The position numbers and the translations under genes were made by a program. Shown here one piece after another: positions 36,001 to 47,668 of a stretch of 64,000 nt of DNA (positions within the stretch are counted from its first letter, which is position 1; each line of letters begins with the position of its first letter). The notes under the pieces are model-generated. The model worked only from the letters and a program-made list of their open reading frames with translations, had not been told where the DNA came from and ran no database searches. Where the stretch lies: positions 186,001-250,000 of the forward strand of contig NIVC01000337.1 of assembly GCA_002269645.1 (NCBI GenBank), read 5' to 3'. The DNA is from Macrostomum lignano. Lineage: Eukaryota.

Positions 36001-38186
36001 CCATGATAGGCTAGATTAGCAATCCATTCTATTCCTGCATCCATGATAGGCTAGATTAACAATCCATTCTACTCCTGCATCCATGATAGGCTAGATTAGC
36101 AATCCATTCTATTCCTGCATCCATGATAGGCTAGATTAGCAATCCATTCTATTCCTGCATCCATGATAGGCTAGATTAGCAATCCATTCTATTCCTGCAT
36201 CCATGATAGGCTAGGCTAGATTAGCAATCCATTCTACTCCTGCACCCATGATAGGCTAGATTAGCAATCTATTCTACTCCTGCATCCATGATAGGCTAGA
36301 TTAGCAATCCATTCTACTCCTGCATCCATGATAGGCTAGACTAGCAATCCATTCTACTCCTGCATCCATGATAGGCTAGATTAGCAATCCATTCTATTCC
36401 TGCACCCATGATAGGCTAGATTAGCAATCCATTCTATTCCTGCATCCATGATAGGCTAGGCTAGATTAGCAATCCATTCTATTCCTGCATCCATGATAGG
36501 CTAGATTAGCAATCCATTCTATTCCTGCACCCATGATAGGCTAGATTAGCAATCCATTCTATTCCTGCATCCATGATAGGCTAGGCTAGATTAGCAATCC
36601 ATTCTATTCCTGCACCCATGATAGGCTAGATTAGCAATCCATTCTATTCCTGCATCCATGATAGGCTAGGCTAGATTAGCAATCCATTCTATTCCTGCAT
36701 CCATGATAGGCTAGATTAGCAATCCATTCTATTCCTGCATCCATGATAGGCTAGATTAGCAATCCATTCTATTCCTGCACCCATGATAGGCTAGATTAGC
36801 AATCCATTGTATTCCTGCATCCATGATACGCTAGATTAGCAATCCATTCTATTCCTGCATCCATGATAGGCTAGATTAGCAATCCATTCTACTCCTGCAT
36901 CCATGATAGGCTAGATTAGCAATCCATTCTATTCCTGCATCCAAGACTGGCAAGATTAGCAATCCATTCTACTCCTTCCTTAACCGCCATCTGCCAGCTG
37001 GTGCCGGACTTCGACCCAGCCACCGGGCGGTACTCGGAGCTGCAGAAGGGGAAGCCGCACGACGTGAAAGTAGAGCGGTGGATCACCGAAGATGGAGAAA
37101 TGCAGGAGGTGAGGCAGCGCATTGAATGATGCAGGTGGTTTCAGTGCATGCGGGTTCAAATTTGCGCTCCACTTCAACTTCAACTGGTCGTTGAACTAAT
37201 AGCAACTGAGGATCTGGGAGGCTGGCCCAGCAAATGAGGATCTGGGAGGCTGGGCCAGCAACTGAGGATCTGGGAGGCTGTGGCCCAGCAACTAAGGATC
37301 TGGAAGGCTGGCCCAGCAACTGAGGATCTGGGAGGCTGGCCCAGCAACTGAGGATCTGGGAGAGCAGTAGTGGTCAGCAAATGAGGATCTGGGAGGCTGG
37401 CCCAGCAACTGAGGATTGGGAGGCTGTGGCCCAGCAACTGAGGATCTGGGAGGCTGGCCCAGCAACTGAGGATCTGGGAGGCTGGCCCAGCAACTGAGGA
37501 TCTGGGAGGCTGTGGCCCAGCAACTGAGGATCTGGGAGGCTAGCCCAGCAACTGAGGATCTGGGAGGCTGGCCCAGCAATTAAGGATCTGGGAGGCTGTG
37601 GCCCAGCAGTTGAGGATCTGGAAGGCTGGCCCAGCAACTGAGGATCTGGAAGGCTGGCCCAGCAACTGAGGATCTGGGAGGCTGGCCCAGCAACTGAGGA
37701 TCTGGGAGGCTGGCCCAACAACTGAGGATCTGGGAGGCTGTGGCCCAGCAACTGAGGATCTGGAAGGCTGGCCCAGCAATTAAGGCTCTAGGAGGCTGGC
37801 CCAGCAACTCAGGATCTGGGAGGCTGGCTTAGCAACTGAGGATCTGGGAGGCTGGCCCAGCAACTGAGGATCTGGGAGGCTGGCCCAGCAACTGAGGATC
37901 TGGGAGGCTGGCCCAGCAACTGAGGATCTGGGAGGCTGGCCCAGCAATTAAGGATCTGGGAGGCTGGCCCAGCAACTGAGGATCTGGGAGGCTGGCCCAG
38001 CAACTGAGGATCTGGGAGGCTGGCCCAGCAACTGAGGATCTGGGAGGCTGGTATCACGGATTACTCAATCTTGATCTCGCCGAGCCAAAGTACCTGCTCA
38101 CAAACAATCACAATTGGCCTCTATTTCAGCTGGTGAAAATCATCGACAAGGACGTTCAATACACCAGAGTCTATGAACGATATTAG
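33090..38186 (+). CDS. FABP: Fatty acid-binding protein (FABP/iLBP family), 137 aa
   Basis: Exons 33090-33159, 35079-35254, 36998-37108 and 38130-38186, with the family intron phases 1,0,0. [31 protein letters not shown]...[18 protein letters not shown]...TRVYERY*; C-terminal R-x-Y ligand motif retained. Confidence 0.9.
33330..34975. repeat. FABP intron 1 purine-rich minisatellite (GAGAGAAGTAGACACGGATT and GAGCGGTAGACATGTTTT units, higher-order blocks)
   Basis: Direct periodicity; source of the long minus-strand S/L-rich ORFs. Confidence 0.95.
35330..36970. repeat. FABP intron 2 minisatellite, 40-bp unit CTAGATTAGCAATCCATTCTATTCCTGCATCCATGATAGG, about 41 copies
   Basis: Direct periodicity. 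Confidence 0.95.
37200..38050. repeat. FABP intron 3 minisatellite, 28-bp unit CTGGGAGGCTGGCCCAGCAACTGAGGAT, about 30 copies
   Basis: Direct periodicity. Confidence 0.95.
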
Positions 38187-38607
38187 CGAGCCCGTGAGCG
38201 ACTTTGCTGCCGAGAACCTGTCACCTTCTGTCTGTCTGTCAATCAATTTGCAATCGCACCACACCAAAACATTTTTAACGACCCAAATTCAAGAACTAAT
38301 AAATTCCATCGCCATTTCTAAGAAATATACAAATAAGGGAATTAGAAACATGTCACGTGACAACTGATTGAGCTCATACTCTAATGCTACTACTCGGAAG
38401 CATATATAACCATAATGTTCTCTACATTTTTTCGTTTACTAGCAGCGAAATAAGCATATAGGCATAATAATTCAATATAAATCATCGTAGAAACGACACT
38501 GGCAGTCCAAGCCAGTGCTTTATTATCGTTATAACAAACTGCTCAGTGCAGTTTGCGCTCAGAACGGTGGTCTGCCTGAGGCAGCTCCGCAGCCAGCTAG
38601 CTCCAAC

Positions 38608-38680
38608 TCAGTAGAAGAACTTGTAGATGAAGAAGGCCGCCACCGCCAGGCCGATGGGAACCAGCAAGCCGATCACGGAG
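38608..38680 (-). pseudogene. Duplicated copy of the cytochrome b5 terminal (tail-anchor) exon
   Basis: Same [23 protein letters not shown] exon as 41660-41588, with its acceptor intact. Confidence 0.8.
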
Positions 38681-38724
38681 CTGCCGGGTGGCGGGTAGGT
38701 GACAGAGTGATGTACATACAGAAT

Positions 38725-41707
38725 GTAGACACGGATTGAGCGGTAGACATGTTTTGAGAGAAGTAGACACGGATTGAGAGAAGTAGACACGGATTGAGCG
38801 GTAGACATGTTTTGAGAGAAGTAGATACGGATTGAGAGAGGTAGACACGGATTGAGAGAAGTAGACACGGATTGAGCGGTAGACATGTTTTGAGAGAAGT
38901 AGATACGGATTGAGAGAGGTAGACACGGATTGAGAGAAGTAGACACGAATTGAGAGAGGTAGACACGGATTGAGAGAAGTAGACACGGATTGAGCGGTAG
39001 ACATGTTTTGAGAGAAGTAGATACGGATTGAGAGAAGTAGACACGGATTGAGAGTAGACACGAACTGAGAGAGGTAAACACATTTATAGAAGTAGACAAA
39101 AATTAGGAGGAGTAGATAAGAATTGGGAGAGGTAGACGCGGATTGAGCGGTAGACATGGATTGAGAGAAGTAGATACGGATTGAGAGATACGAATTGAGA
39201 AGTGAATAGTTAAGACTGCCACAAATTGAGGCCACCGTAACCTACTTGAAGTAGTCACTTAAGAGTAGAAATTATTTTGCAGATGTCGGCTTTATTTTGC
39301 GCAAAGCGGCCGCCATGGCAACCGTCTACCTGGACTACCAGAAAGCGGACGACGGCACCTGGATCATCGATTGGCAGCTCGCCTTCAAGAAAGGTCAAAT
39401 CCGATTCCAACTGGGACAGGAGATCGACGCTGTGATGCCCGACGATAGGAGCGTTAGGGTGAGTTGCAGCAGTCCATCAAAGTACTAATCCGCGCATGCT
39501 GGCTCCGCATTTGTGATTTGTTCCTCCTGTTTGGCTAGACTAGCAATCCATTCTACTCCTGCATCCATGATAGGCTAGATTAGCAATCCATTCTATTCCT
39601 GCATCCATGATAGGCTAGATTAGCAATCCATTCTATTCCTGCATCCATGATAGGCTAGATTAGCAATCCATTCTACTCCTGCATCCATGATAGGCTAGAC
39701 TAGCAATCCATTCTACTCCTGCATCCATGATAGGCTAGATTAGCAATCCATTCTATTCCTGCACCCAAGATAGGCTAGATTAGCAATCCATTCTATTCCT
39801 GCATCCATGATAGGCTAGATTAGCAATCCATTCTATTCCTGCATCCATGATAGGCTAGATTAGCAATCCATTCTATTCCTGCACCCATGATAGGCTAGAT
39901 TAGCAATCCATTCTATTCCTGCATCCATGATAGGCTAGGCTAGATTAGCAATCCATTCTATTCCTGCACCCATGATAGGCTAGATTAGCAATCCATTCTA
40001 TTCCTGCATCCATGATAGGCTAGGCTAGATTAGCAATCCATTCTATTCCTGCATCCATGATAGGCTAGATTAGCAATCCATTCTATTCCTGCATCCATGA
40101 TAGGCTAGATTAGCAATCCATTCTATTCCTGCACCCATGATAGGCTAGATTAGCAATCCATTGTATTCCTGCATCCATGATACGCTAGATTAGCAATCCA
40201 TTCTATTCCTGCATCCATGATAGGCTAGATTAGCAATCCATTCTACTCCTGCATCCATGATAGGCTAGATTAGCAATCCATTCTATTCCTGCATCCAAGA
40301 CTGGCAAGATTAGCAATCCATTCTACTCCTTCCTTAACCGCCATCTGCCAGCTGGTGCCGGACTTCGACCCAGCCACCGGGTGGTACTCGGAGCTGCAGA
40401 AGGGGAAGCCGCACGACGTGAAAGTAGAGCGGTGGATCACCGAAGATGGAGAAATGCAGGAGGTGAGGCAGCGCATTGAATGATGCAGGTGGTTTCAGTG
40501 CATGCGGGTTCAAATTTGCGCTCCACTTCAACTTCAACTGGTCGTTGAACTAATAGCAACTGAGGATCTGGGAGGCTGGCCCAGCAACTGAGGATCTGGG
40601 AGGCTGGCCCAGCAACTGAGGATCTGGAAGGCTGGCCCAGCAACTGAGGATCTGGAAGGCTGGCCCAGCAACTGAGGATCTGGGAGGCTGGCCCAGCAAC
40701 TGAGGATTGGGAGGCTGTGGCCCAGCAACTGAGGATCTGGAAGGCTGGCCCAGCAATTAAGGCTCTAGGAGGCTGGCCCAGCAACTCAGGATCTGGGAGG
40801 CTGGCTTAGCAACTGAGGATCTGGGAGGCTGGCCCAGCAACTGAGGATCTGGGAGGCTGGCCCAGCAACTGAGGATCTGGGAGGCTAGCCCAGCAACTGA
40901 GGATCTGGGAGGCTGGCCCAGCAATTAAGGATCTGGGAGGCTGGCCCAGCAACTGATGATCTGGAAGCTGGCCCAGCAACTGAGGATCTGGGAGGCTGGC
41001 CCAGCAACTGGGGATCTGGGAGGCTGGTATCACGGATTACTCAATCTTGATCTCGCCGAGCCAAAGTACCTGCTCACAAACAATCACAATTGGCCTCCAT
41101 TTCAGCTGGTGAAAATCATCGACAAGGACGTTCAATACACCAGAGTCTATGTACGATATTAGCGAGCCCGTGAGCGACTTTGCTGCCAAGAACCTGTCAC
41201 CTTCTGTCTGTCTGTGAATCAATTTACAATCGCACCGCACCATAACATTTTTAACGACCCAAATTCAAGAACTAATAAATTCCATCGCCATTTCTAATAA
41301 ATATACAAATAAGGGAATTAGAAACATGTCACGTGACAACTGATTGAGCTCATACTCTAATGCTACTAATCGGAAGCATACATAACCATAATGTTCTCTA
41401 CATTTTTTCGTTTACTAGCAGCGAAATAAGCATATAGGCATAATAATTCAATATAAATCATCGTAGAAACGACACTGGCAGTCCAAGCCAGTGCTTTATT
41501 ATCGTTATAAAAAACTGCTCAGTGCGGTTGGCGCTCAGAACGGCGGTCTGCCTGAGGCAGCTCCGCAGCCAGCCAGCCAGCTCCAACTCAGTAGAAGAAC
41601 TTGTAGATGAAGAAGGCCGCCACCGCCAGGCCGATGGGAACCAGCAAGCCGATCACGGAGCTGCCGGGTGGCGGGTAGGTGACAGAGTGATGTACATACA
41701 GAATGTA
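38725..41707. repeat. Second unit of a tandem segmental duplication (first unit about 34500-38727)
   Basis: Near-identical unique sequences in the same order; junction CAGAAT-GTA-GACACGG with 3-bp GTA microhomology. Its internal arrays (38725-39195, 39533-40330, 40555-41025) are shorter than in unit 1. Confidence 0.9.
39283..41162 (+). pseudogene. Second copy of FABP exons 2-4 without its own exon 1 (pseudogene or alternative 3' cassette)
   Basis: Exons 39283-39458, 40352-40462 and 41106-41162 with intact splice sites; differ from copy 1 by L>M, R>W and E>V. Confidence 0.8.
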
Positions 41708-44700
41708 AACTCATGTAAAATGTGCACTCACACAGAAAGTGCACTTATAGAAAATGTGCACTCACACAGAATGTGCACTCACACAGAATGTGCACTCACA
41801 CAGAATGTGCACTCACACAGAATGTGCACTTATAGAAAATGTGCACTCACACAGAATGTGCACTCACACAGAATGTGCACTCACACAGAATGTGCACTCA
41901 CACAGAATGTGCACTCACACAGAATGTGCACTCACACAGAATGTGCACTCACACAGAATGTGCACTCACACAGAATGTGCACTCACACAGAATGTGCACT
42001 CACACAGAATGTGCACTCACACAGAATGTGCACTCACACAGAATGTGCACTCACACAGAATGTGCACTCACACAGAATGTGCACTCACACAGAATGTGCA
42101 CTTACACCGCTCAATCCCAGTCCTCCTTCAACTCACCCGGGGCCCGAAGATTTGCCGGCAGACTCTGAGCTCGGCTTGCTTGGCTTCGGCTCCTTCTCCA
42201 CCACCTCGCCGATCAGGTACTTGGCCATGAGCTCCCGGGCGTCCGTCGAGTGGCCGACGTCTTCGAACGGCTCGGTCGCGTAGCCGCCCGCCTGCTCCAG
42301 CAGGACCTCCTCGCCGCCAGGGTGCTGCGGAGTGTTTTAGTCAGCGATTGTGATAGTAAATTATGATCATGTGCGCACAGCGGCTGGGACCTGCGGTCTG
42401 GGGTGGTGATGGCCCAGCAACCGAGGATCTGACAGACTTGCCTAGCAACTGAGGATTGGGAGGCTGTGGCCCAGCAACTGAGGATCTGGAAGGCTGGCCC
42501 AGCAACTGAGGATCTGGGAGGCTGTGGCCCAGCAACTGAGGATCTGGGAGAGCAGTAGTGGTCAGCAAATGAGGATCTGGGAGGCTGGCCCAGCAACTGA
42601 GGATTGGGAGGCTGTGGCCCAGCAACTGAGGATCTGGGAGGCTGGCCCAGCAACTGAGGATCTGGGAGGCTGGCCCAGCAACTGAGGATCTGGGAGAGCA
42701 GTAGTGGTCAGCAAATGAGGATCTGGGAGGCTGGCCCAGCAACTGAGGATTGGGAGGCTGTGGCCCAGCAACTGAGGATCTGGGAGGCTGGCCCAGCAAC
42801 TGAGGATCTGGGAGGCTGGCCCAGCAACTGAGGATCTGGGAGAGCAGTAGTGGTCAGCAAATGAGGATCTGGGAGGCTGGCCCAGCAACTGAGGATCTGG
42901 GAGGCTGTGGCCCAGCAAAGGCCGTAGATAGGTCAGCACAAAAGGCTGCAGAGAAAATGCCAGGACTGACCAGTAAGCACAGGAGAGACAGACAGAGAGA
43001 ATGAGCGGCCAAACAAGCGGACAATGAAATTTCGTTTGAAGGGCAGTCGCCTTTCGTTTTTTAACACTCTTTCCACGAGGACACTGAAGGTCATATGAAT
43101 GGAACTGGCCTGTTAACAGTACTGCACAATTAGTTTTGCTGTGTACTTGTAGATTCAAGTACAGCTCATATGCAGGGTACAGATGGAAACTCTACAGTAG
43201 CACTGAGCTCTGTTACAAATATGCATGTCCCTAATTCACTTCATAACAAAGCTTTAACAAGATCTGTGGCATAGATAGAGTTAGTGGAATGGCCAAGTTA
43301 TTGCTTTTATAAGGGATTCTTCTTGGGGATCATGGCTTTGGGATTATATGACAGATAAAATAAATAGAACTTATTCATTTTTGTTTATCTAAAGACCTAT
43401 TCATGCCTAAAATATAATGGCAGTAGCGTAGCTAGGGGGGATATAGGAATATATCCCCTCCCCCATTTTGATGATTTATAGGAAACGAAAATGAGGTTTT
43501 AAAAAAAGCAAAATAAAGCAGCTTTGACTTAGCAAAATTGCCTAAAATTGGCCTATTTAACTCGTATATTACTAATAAAATGTTTTAAATGATATTTCCA
43601 CAAATTCCTAGTTCCTAAAATGCTCTAGTCAGGATAGATATCTGATAGCTTCATTCTGATTTTAACAAAGTAAAGTTTTTTAGCCAATTTTATTATTTTT
43701 TAAATGCATATTTTAAGCAAAAATGCAAAAAAACTATTTTATTAGTCTGTAATTTTGTCCCTAAAAGTTATCCCCCCTTTTGAAAATCTTAGCTACACCA
43801 TTGTATAATGGTCACTGATCTTTACTTATACTTATAAATTTTTTATAGTTGGAAGAATTTAAAAATTAAATATTATAAGATCCATTTAGAAATCAATATT
43901 GATATCTTTGCATAAATAATCATAAACAAAGATCTATTAGTATAATCTAAAAATTCTAGTAATTTGGTTCAAAGCAATCAATAATGACTTTAAACTAGTT
44001 AAATTAAAATACAATAATTACTTTACTTTTAATTACTTTTAATTTTATTAGACTAGGCTTTACTAGTTTCTATGCGCTTTCTAAGTAGCAATAAATTATT
44101 GCATAGATAGAAGTTACAAATATTTAAAAATAAAATATGGAGACATAATAAAAAAGATATTATACTATACAATTAAAACTTAATGCAGCATATTAAGCAG
44201 TTGTATAAATTGATTAATCTTTATAATTATGTTTTATAAATCTTTTCCAAGCCAGAATCTAGACTAACATTTCTAATATTAATTGATTATTTATTAATTA
44301 GAAAAGATGTATTTTATTAATTGGTAGGCCTATACAATGTAGTTCTCTAGATAGATAGATATTTTTATCCAAATTGACTTAGATTTCTGATTGCAAAATA
44401 GTATAGTATAGATCAGGACAAATCAACTGCTTTTAGAAAAAAGTAACATTGCATACTACTTCAAATCAAATTGATTGCTTTTAATAATTAATGGTATAAA
44501 ACTAATCAGTAATCACTAAGAATCAGTTACAAGAGATAAAACTGATTAATGTAGCATTATGAGATAATTTTATACAACTCTTCATAATAGCAGTCTTGAA
44601 GTGAGTTAAGCTTTTGTGTTTCTGCACATTTTATCAAGCCAAGAAAGAAATCCAAAGGATGACTTTAATGACTGCCCTTATTACTATCTTTAACTACTAC

Positions 44701-44932
44701 TAGGTCTACCCTGTTGTTGGCTTTTACTTTGTAAATCTAAAGTTCTTACTCTAGAAGTAATAAATTTTTTACTAGCTTGCACTCAATGAAAATCTATATT
44801 ATGGCGCAGCTCACTTACCTCTTCAAGAAACTTCGTGACATCATACACTTTGTCGTTGATCACCAGCCAACAGCTTTCTGATGATTTGTGGGCAGCAATT
44901 TCTTGCATTGAGATCTGACGCAGTGAAGACAT
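41588..44932 (-). CDS. CYB5: Cytochrome b5, tail-anchored, 124 aa
   Basis: Exons 44932-44819, 42324-42137 and 41660-41588. [18 protein letters not shown]|[31 protein letters not shown] contains both heme-ligand His motifs (HPGG, GHS); C-terminal TM anchor. Confidence 0.95.
41718..42105. repeat. CYB5 intron 2 minisatellite, 17-bp unit GAATGTGCACTCACACA, about 22 copies
   Basis: Direct periodicity. Confidence 0.95.
42410..42920. repeat. CYB5 intron 1 minisatellite, same 28-bp family as FABP intron 3
   Basis: CTGGGAGGCTGGCCCAGCAACTGAGGAT units plus the shared variant CTGGGAGAGCAGTAGTGGTCAGCAAATGAGGAT. Confidence 0.95.
43421..43803. mobile_element. hAT-superfamily non-autonomous element (MITE), 383 bp
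   Basis: Imperfect TIRs CAGTAGCGTAGCTAG / CAATGGTGTAGCTAAG (reverse complement of the right end), flanked by an exact 8-bp TSD TATAATGG (43413-43420 and 43804-43811). Confidence 0.8.
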
Positions 44933-45390
44933 AGTGGTAAATTCAGTTAAACCTTATGAAACAGAATTCAATAGCAAATCGACAGTTGTGAAAAAGTAAA
45001 TCAGTGCAGCTTGCTGCCGTGCTCGAGCAGATTAGTGTGATTAGTTTGCATTCGAAGAAAATAGTAATTTAAATCAATGGTTTATTTTCATTTGCGTGGT
45101 AGAGTCCGTTTATTACAAAAAGATACAGAGTTCTCTTTAGAAGAAATAAAATTGGCATTATCAAATTTGGTTTGTTTATTTCCGACGTGTTTTCACTATA
45201 TTAGTTATCTTCAGGGAAGCAAGTCTATTTAGATTATTATTGAATAAATTATTCAAGTCAGACTGGCACCGATCAATAATCTTAAAGTGATCGATCTGCT
45301 CACTGTCACAAAATTGTTTGCAAACCTAACCTGCTGATGATCCCGAATAGCAGATCGTTTTAACCTAATGCTCCTTTACCTTAAGTGCAG

Positions 45391-46195
45391 TGGCGGTGCA
45401 GGCGGGGGCAGTTCTATCAGAGCCTGTCCGACGTGCCCTACGCCAAGAAGTCCTTGGAGGTGAAAAGCGATGTGCGCAGCAGCAGGAAGGCCATGTTCAG
45501 GTGCGGTTCTGTTGGCTGATGCTGGCTTGTCTTTCATCCACGCCATTGTCCGCGCGGGTTTCAGTCCCGCACTCTCACCCATTCTCCCTCTATCTCGCTC
45601 ATCTCGCCATCTTAATTACCCATAGGCTGTCGGACGAGTCGGGCTAGCTGCAGTACTCGCTGGTCTCCGAGGGCAACTGCCCCAGATCCATGATCAATGA
45701 GGATGTAAGTGTGACTTAATTTCTCAGCTATTTTATGAGTAGTGTTGGTTGCAGATGATCACAGAATTGACCATTCCCAGGATGTGTACATCATCGACAC
45801 GGGCGTGGAAATTGTATCGTATGCGTCGGCGCTAGGGCCTCGGACGCCGAGAAGATGAACGTGCTGCAGTATGGTCATGTGAGTGACTGCTCGAGTTTGA
45901 GATGGCTGTTGTGAAGTTAGATTGTGCGGTTGGGGGGGGGGGGGGTGGGGGCTGTGGGCGCTCATTTCGCCGACCCCTGAGCTCTGTGCCTTTGGAGTTC
46001 AAATTCAGAGAGTTAGATGCATTACCCGCTGAGCTAATCTGCACCCCAGAGTTTAAGATGATCCGGGCTCTCTACTAACACCTGGTCCATTTCGAATCGC
46101 AGGACTACCTGAAGACCACGCAGCACCCGCTGATTCCGATGACGGCCTGCCGCGGCAACAAGAAGAACCCGCAGATGGAGAAGGTCATGGACTGA
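45391..46195 (+). pseudogene. Gelsolin-family fragment (last domain only), 5'-truncated and disabled
   Basis: Exons 45391-45500, 45626-45704, 45781-45878 and 46103-46195: RKAMFRLSDESG*LQYSLVSEG...DVYIIDTG...EKMNVLQYGH DYLKTTQHPLIP...EKVMD*. In-frame TAG at 45645-45647; the third exon (98 nt) has a frameshift; only about 460 bp separate it from the CYB5 ATG, with no room for upstream exons. Confidence 0.75.
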
Positions 46196-47588
46196 TCGCT
46201 AACTATAATCCTACTAATAGTAATAACAAGAACAAGACTGCTCGCTTCCTATGCGAACCCAGCAGCGCTAATCCGTACCCGTAGCTGAACAGCTGCCTGC
46301 ATTTAAAGCTTAAATGCACCGTCTGTTTAGTACTTATGACATTTAATCCGCTGAATATCTTCTGATTATAGTTAAACATTCAGATTTAGTAATATAGATT
46401 TAACCCTACGTGTACTTTATTATAATGATCAGCTGACAGCAGGTCTCACTAAACTTTTCAGTCGGTTTTCAATCCTCTGCAATCAGCAATTTCAAACAAT
46501 TTTATAATCTTGTTTATTAGCTCTTATTAAATAATCTGGAAACATTAATAAACACGTGGTGCGAGTTAATTACCGCATAAAATACCACTGCTGAAGGATT
46601 TTATATTTGTCACCTGCTGTGTTTGGTTAGAAATTGATTTTCAATTTCAAGGACCAAGGACAGTGGTCATTGGGACACCATTTCTGCAAAATGCATTGGC
46701 TCACATTCTCGAGTTCTCCTTCTCTTTCGAGATCCGAGGCTCGCATCTCCCTGGCGCATTTTCTACCTGACTTGGGCCTTCAAATAAATATGATTATTTC
46801 GAGGTGTTGTCAACTGTGCTCCTTGCTGCTGAATTGTAGTGTAATTTTTAACTACTAAACTCCTCAAGGATCTGTCAGGACTCGAGCTGACGTTCTCACA
46901 TCCATCTGGAAGTCTGAAGAAGATGCCTGTCACAGTCTCAAAATTCAAATGATGATGAGACACTTCCAAGCCACATCATGATGTCTGCTTCCAGCCTTTT
47001 TCCCGGAACAGCTTAAAGTCACGAACTGTTTCATTCGAGACTGCACTTTATTGGAGTTCTTCAAACACGAATCACCTGGTCAGTGTGACCCGATCTCCAG
47101 CGGTGTGCGTGTGCCCAGCTAGAAGCCCCTGGATATCTGTTCATGCCATCATGCGTCAGTCTTCCCCGAATTGATCGGGAAGGTGTAAACTTTTTTTGGG
47201 ATTATAAGCGCCAAATTTCGTTAAGTCACGCCAAACGGAATGCCGATCGCGCCGATGTCTCTGATCGAAGGGCTCCGTCTAGTAAAGAAATACTCTCTCT
47301 CCTACTGCTGGGACTCGTTTTTCATCTTCAAAATTTCATTTCTGTCAAAGCCTCAAAGATTTGTGCTCGCTAAAAATAGCTTGTTTTGCGCCAGCTAGCA
47401 TTGAAAATTAGGCAGTATACATGTAGTTAAATGACGTAAACTGTTTGTTTGCACTCGATAGCAATGACTACTATTAGCTGAGAACTGAGTCAAAAATATT
47501 TCATTACCACGCTAATTGTTACTGCGTCAATTATTATGACGCCATTAAACAGCAGGTGATACAATATTTCTCTTTGGAGTTTAAATAC

Positions 47589-47595
47589 TATAAAA
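47589..47595 (+). promoter_or_regulatory. TATA box of the repeat-protein gene
   Basis: TATAAAA about 75 bp upstream of ATG 47669. Confidence 0.55.
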
Positions 47596-47668
47596 GCAAC
47601 CAGCTCTAAGCTACAATTCGCCACTTTACACTCTCAGAAAATCTCCAACCGCATTCTCCAACTCTGCA

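Noticed and set aside
45645-45647. Programmed readthrough or recoding of the in-frame TAG in the gelsolin exons
   Set aside because: The next exon also has a frameshift and the 5' exons are missing; pseudogenisation is simpler.
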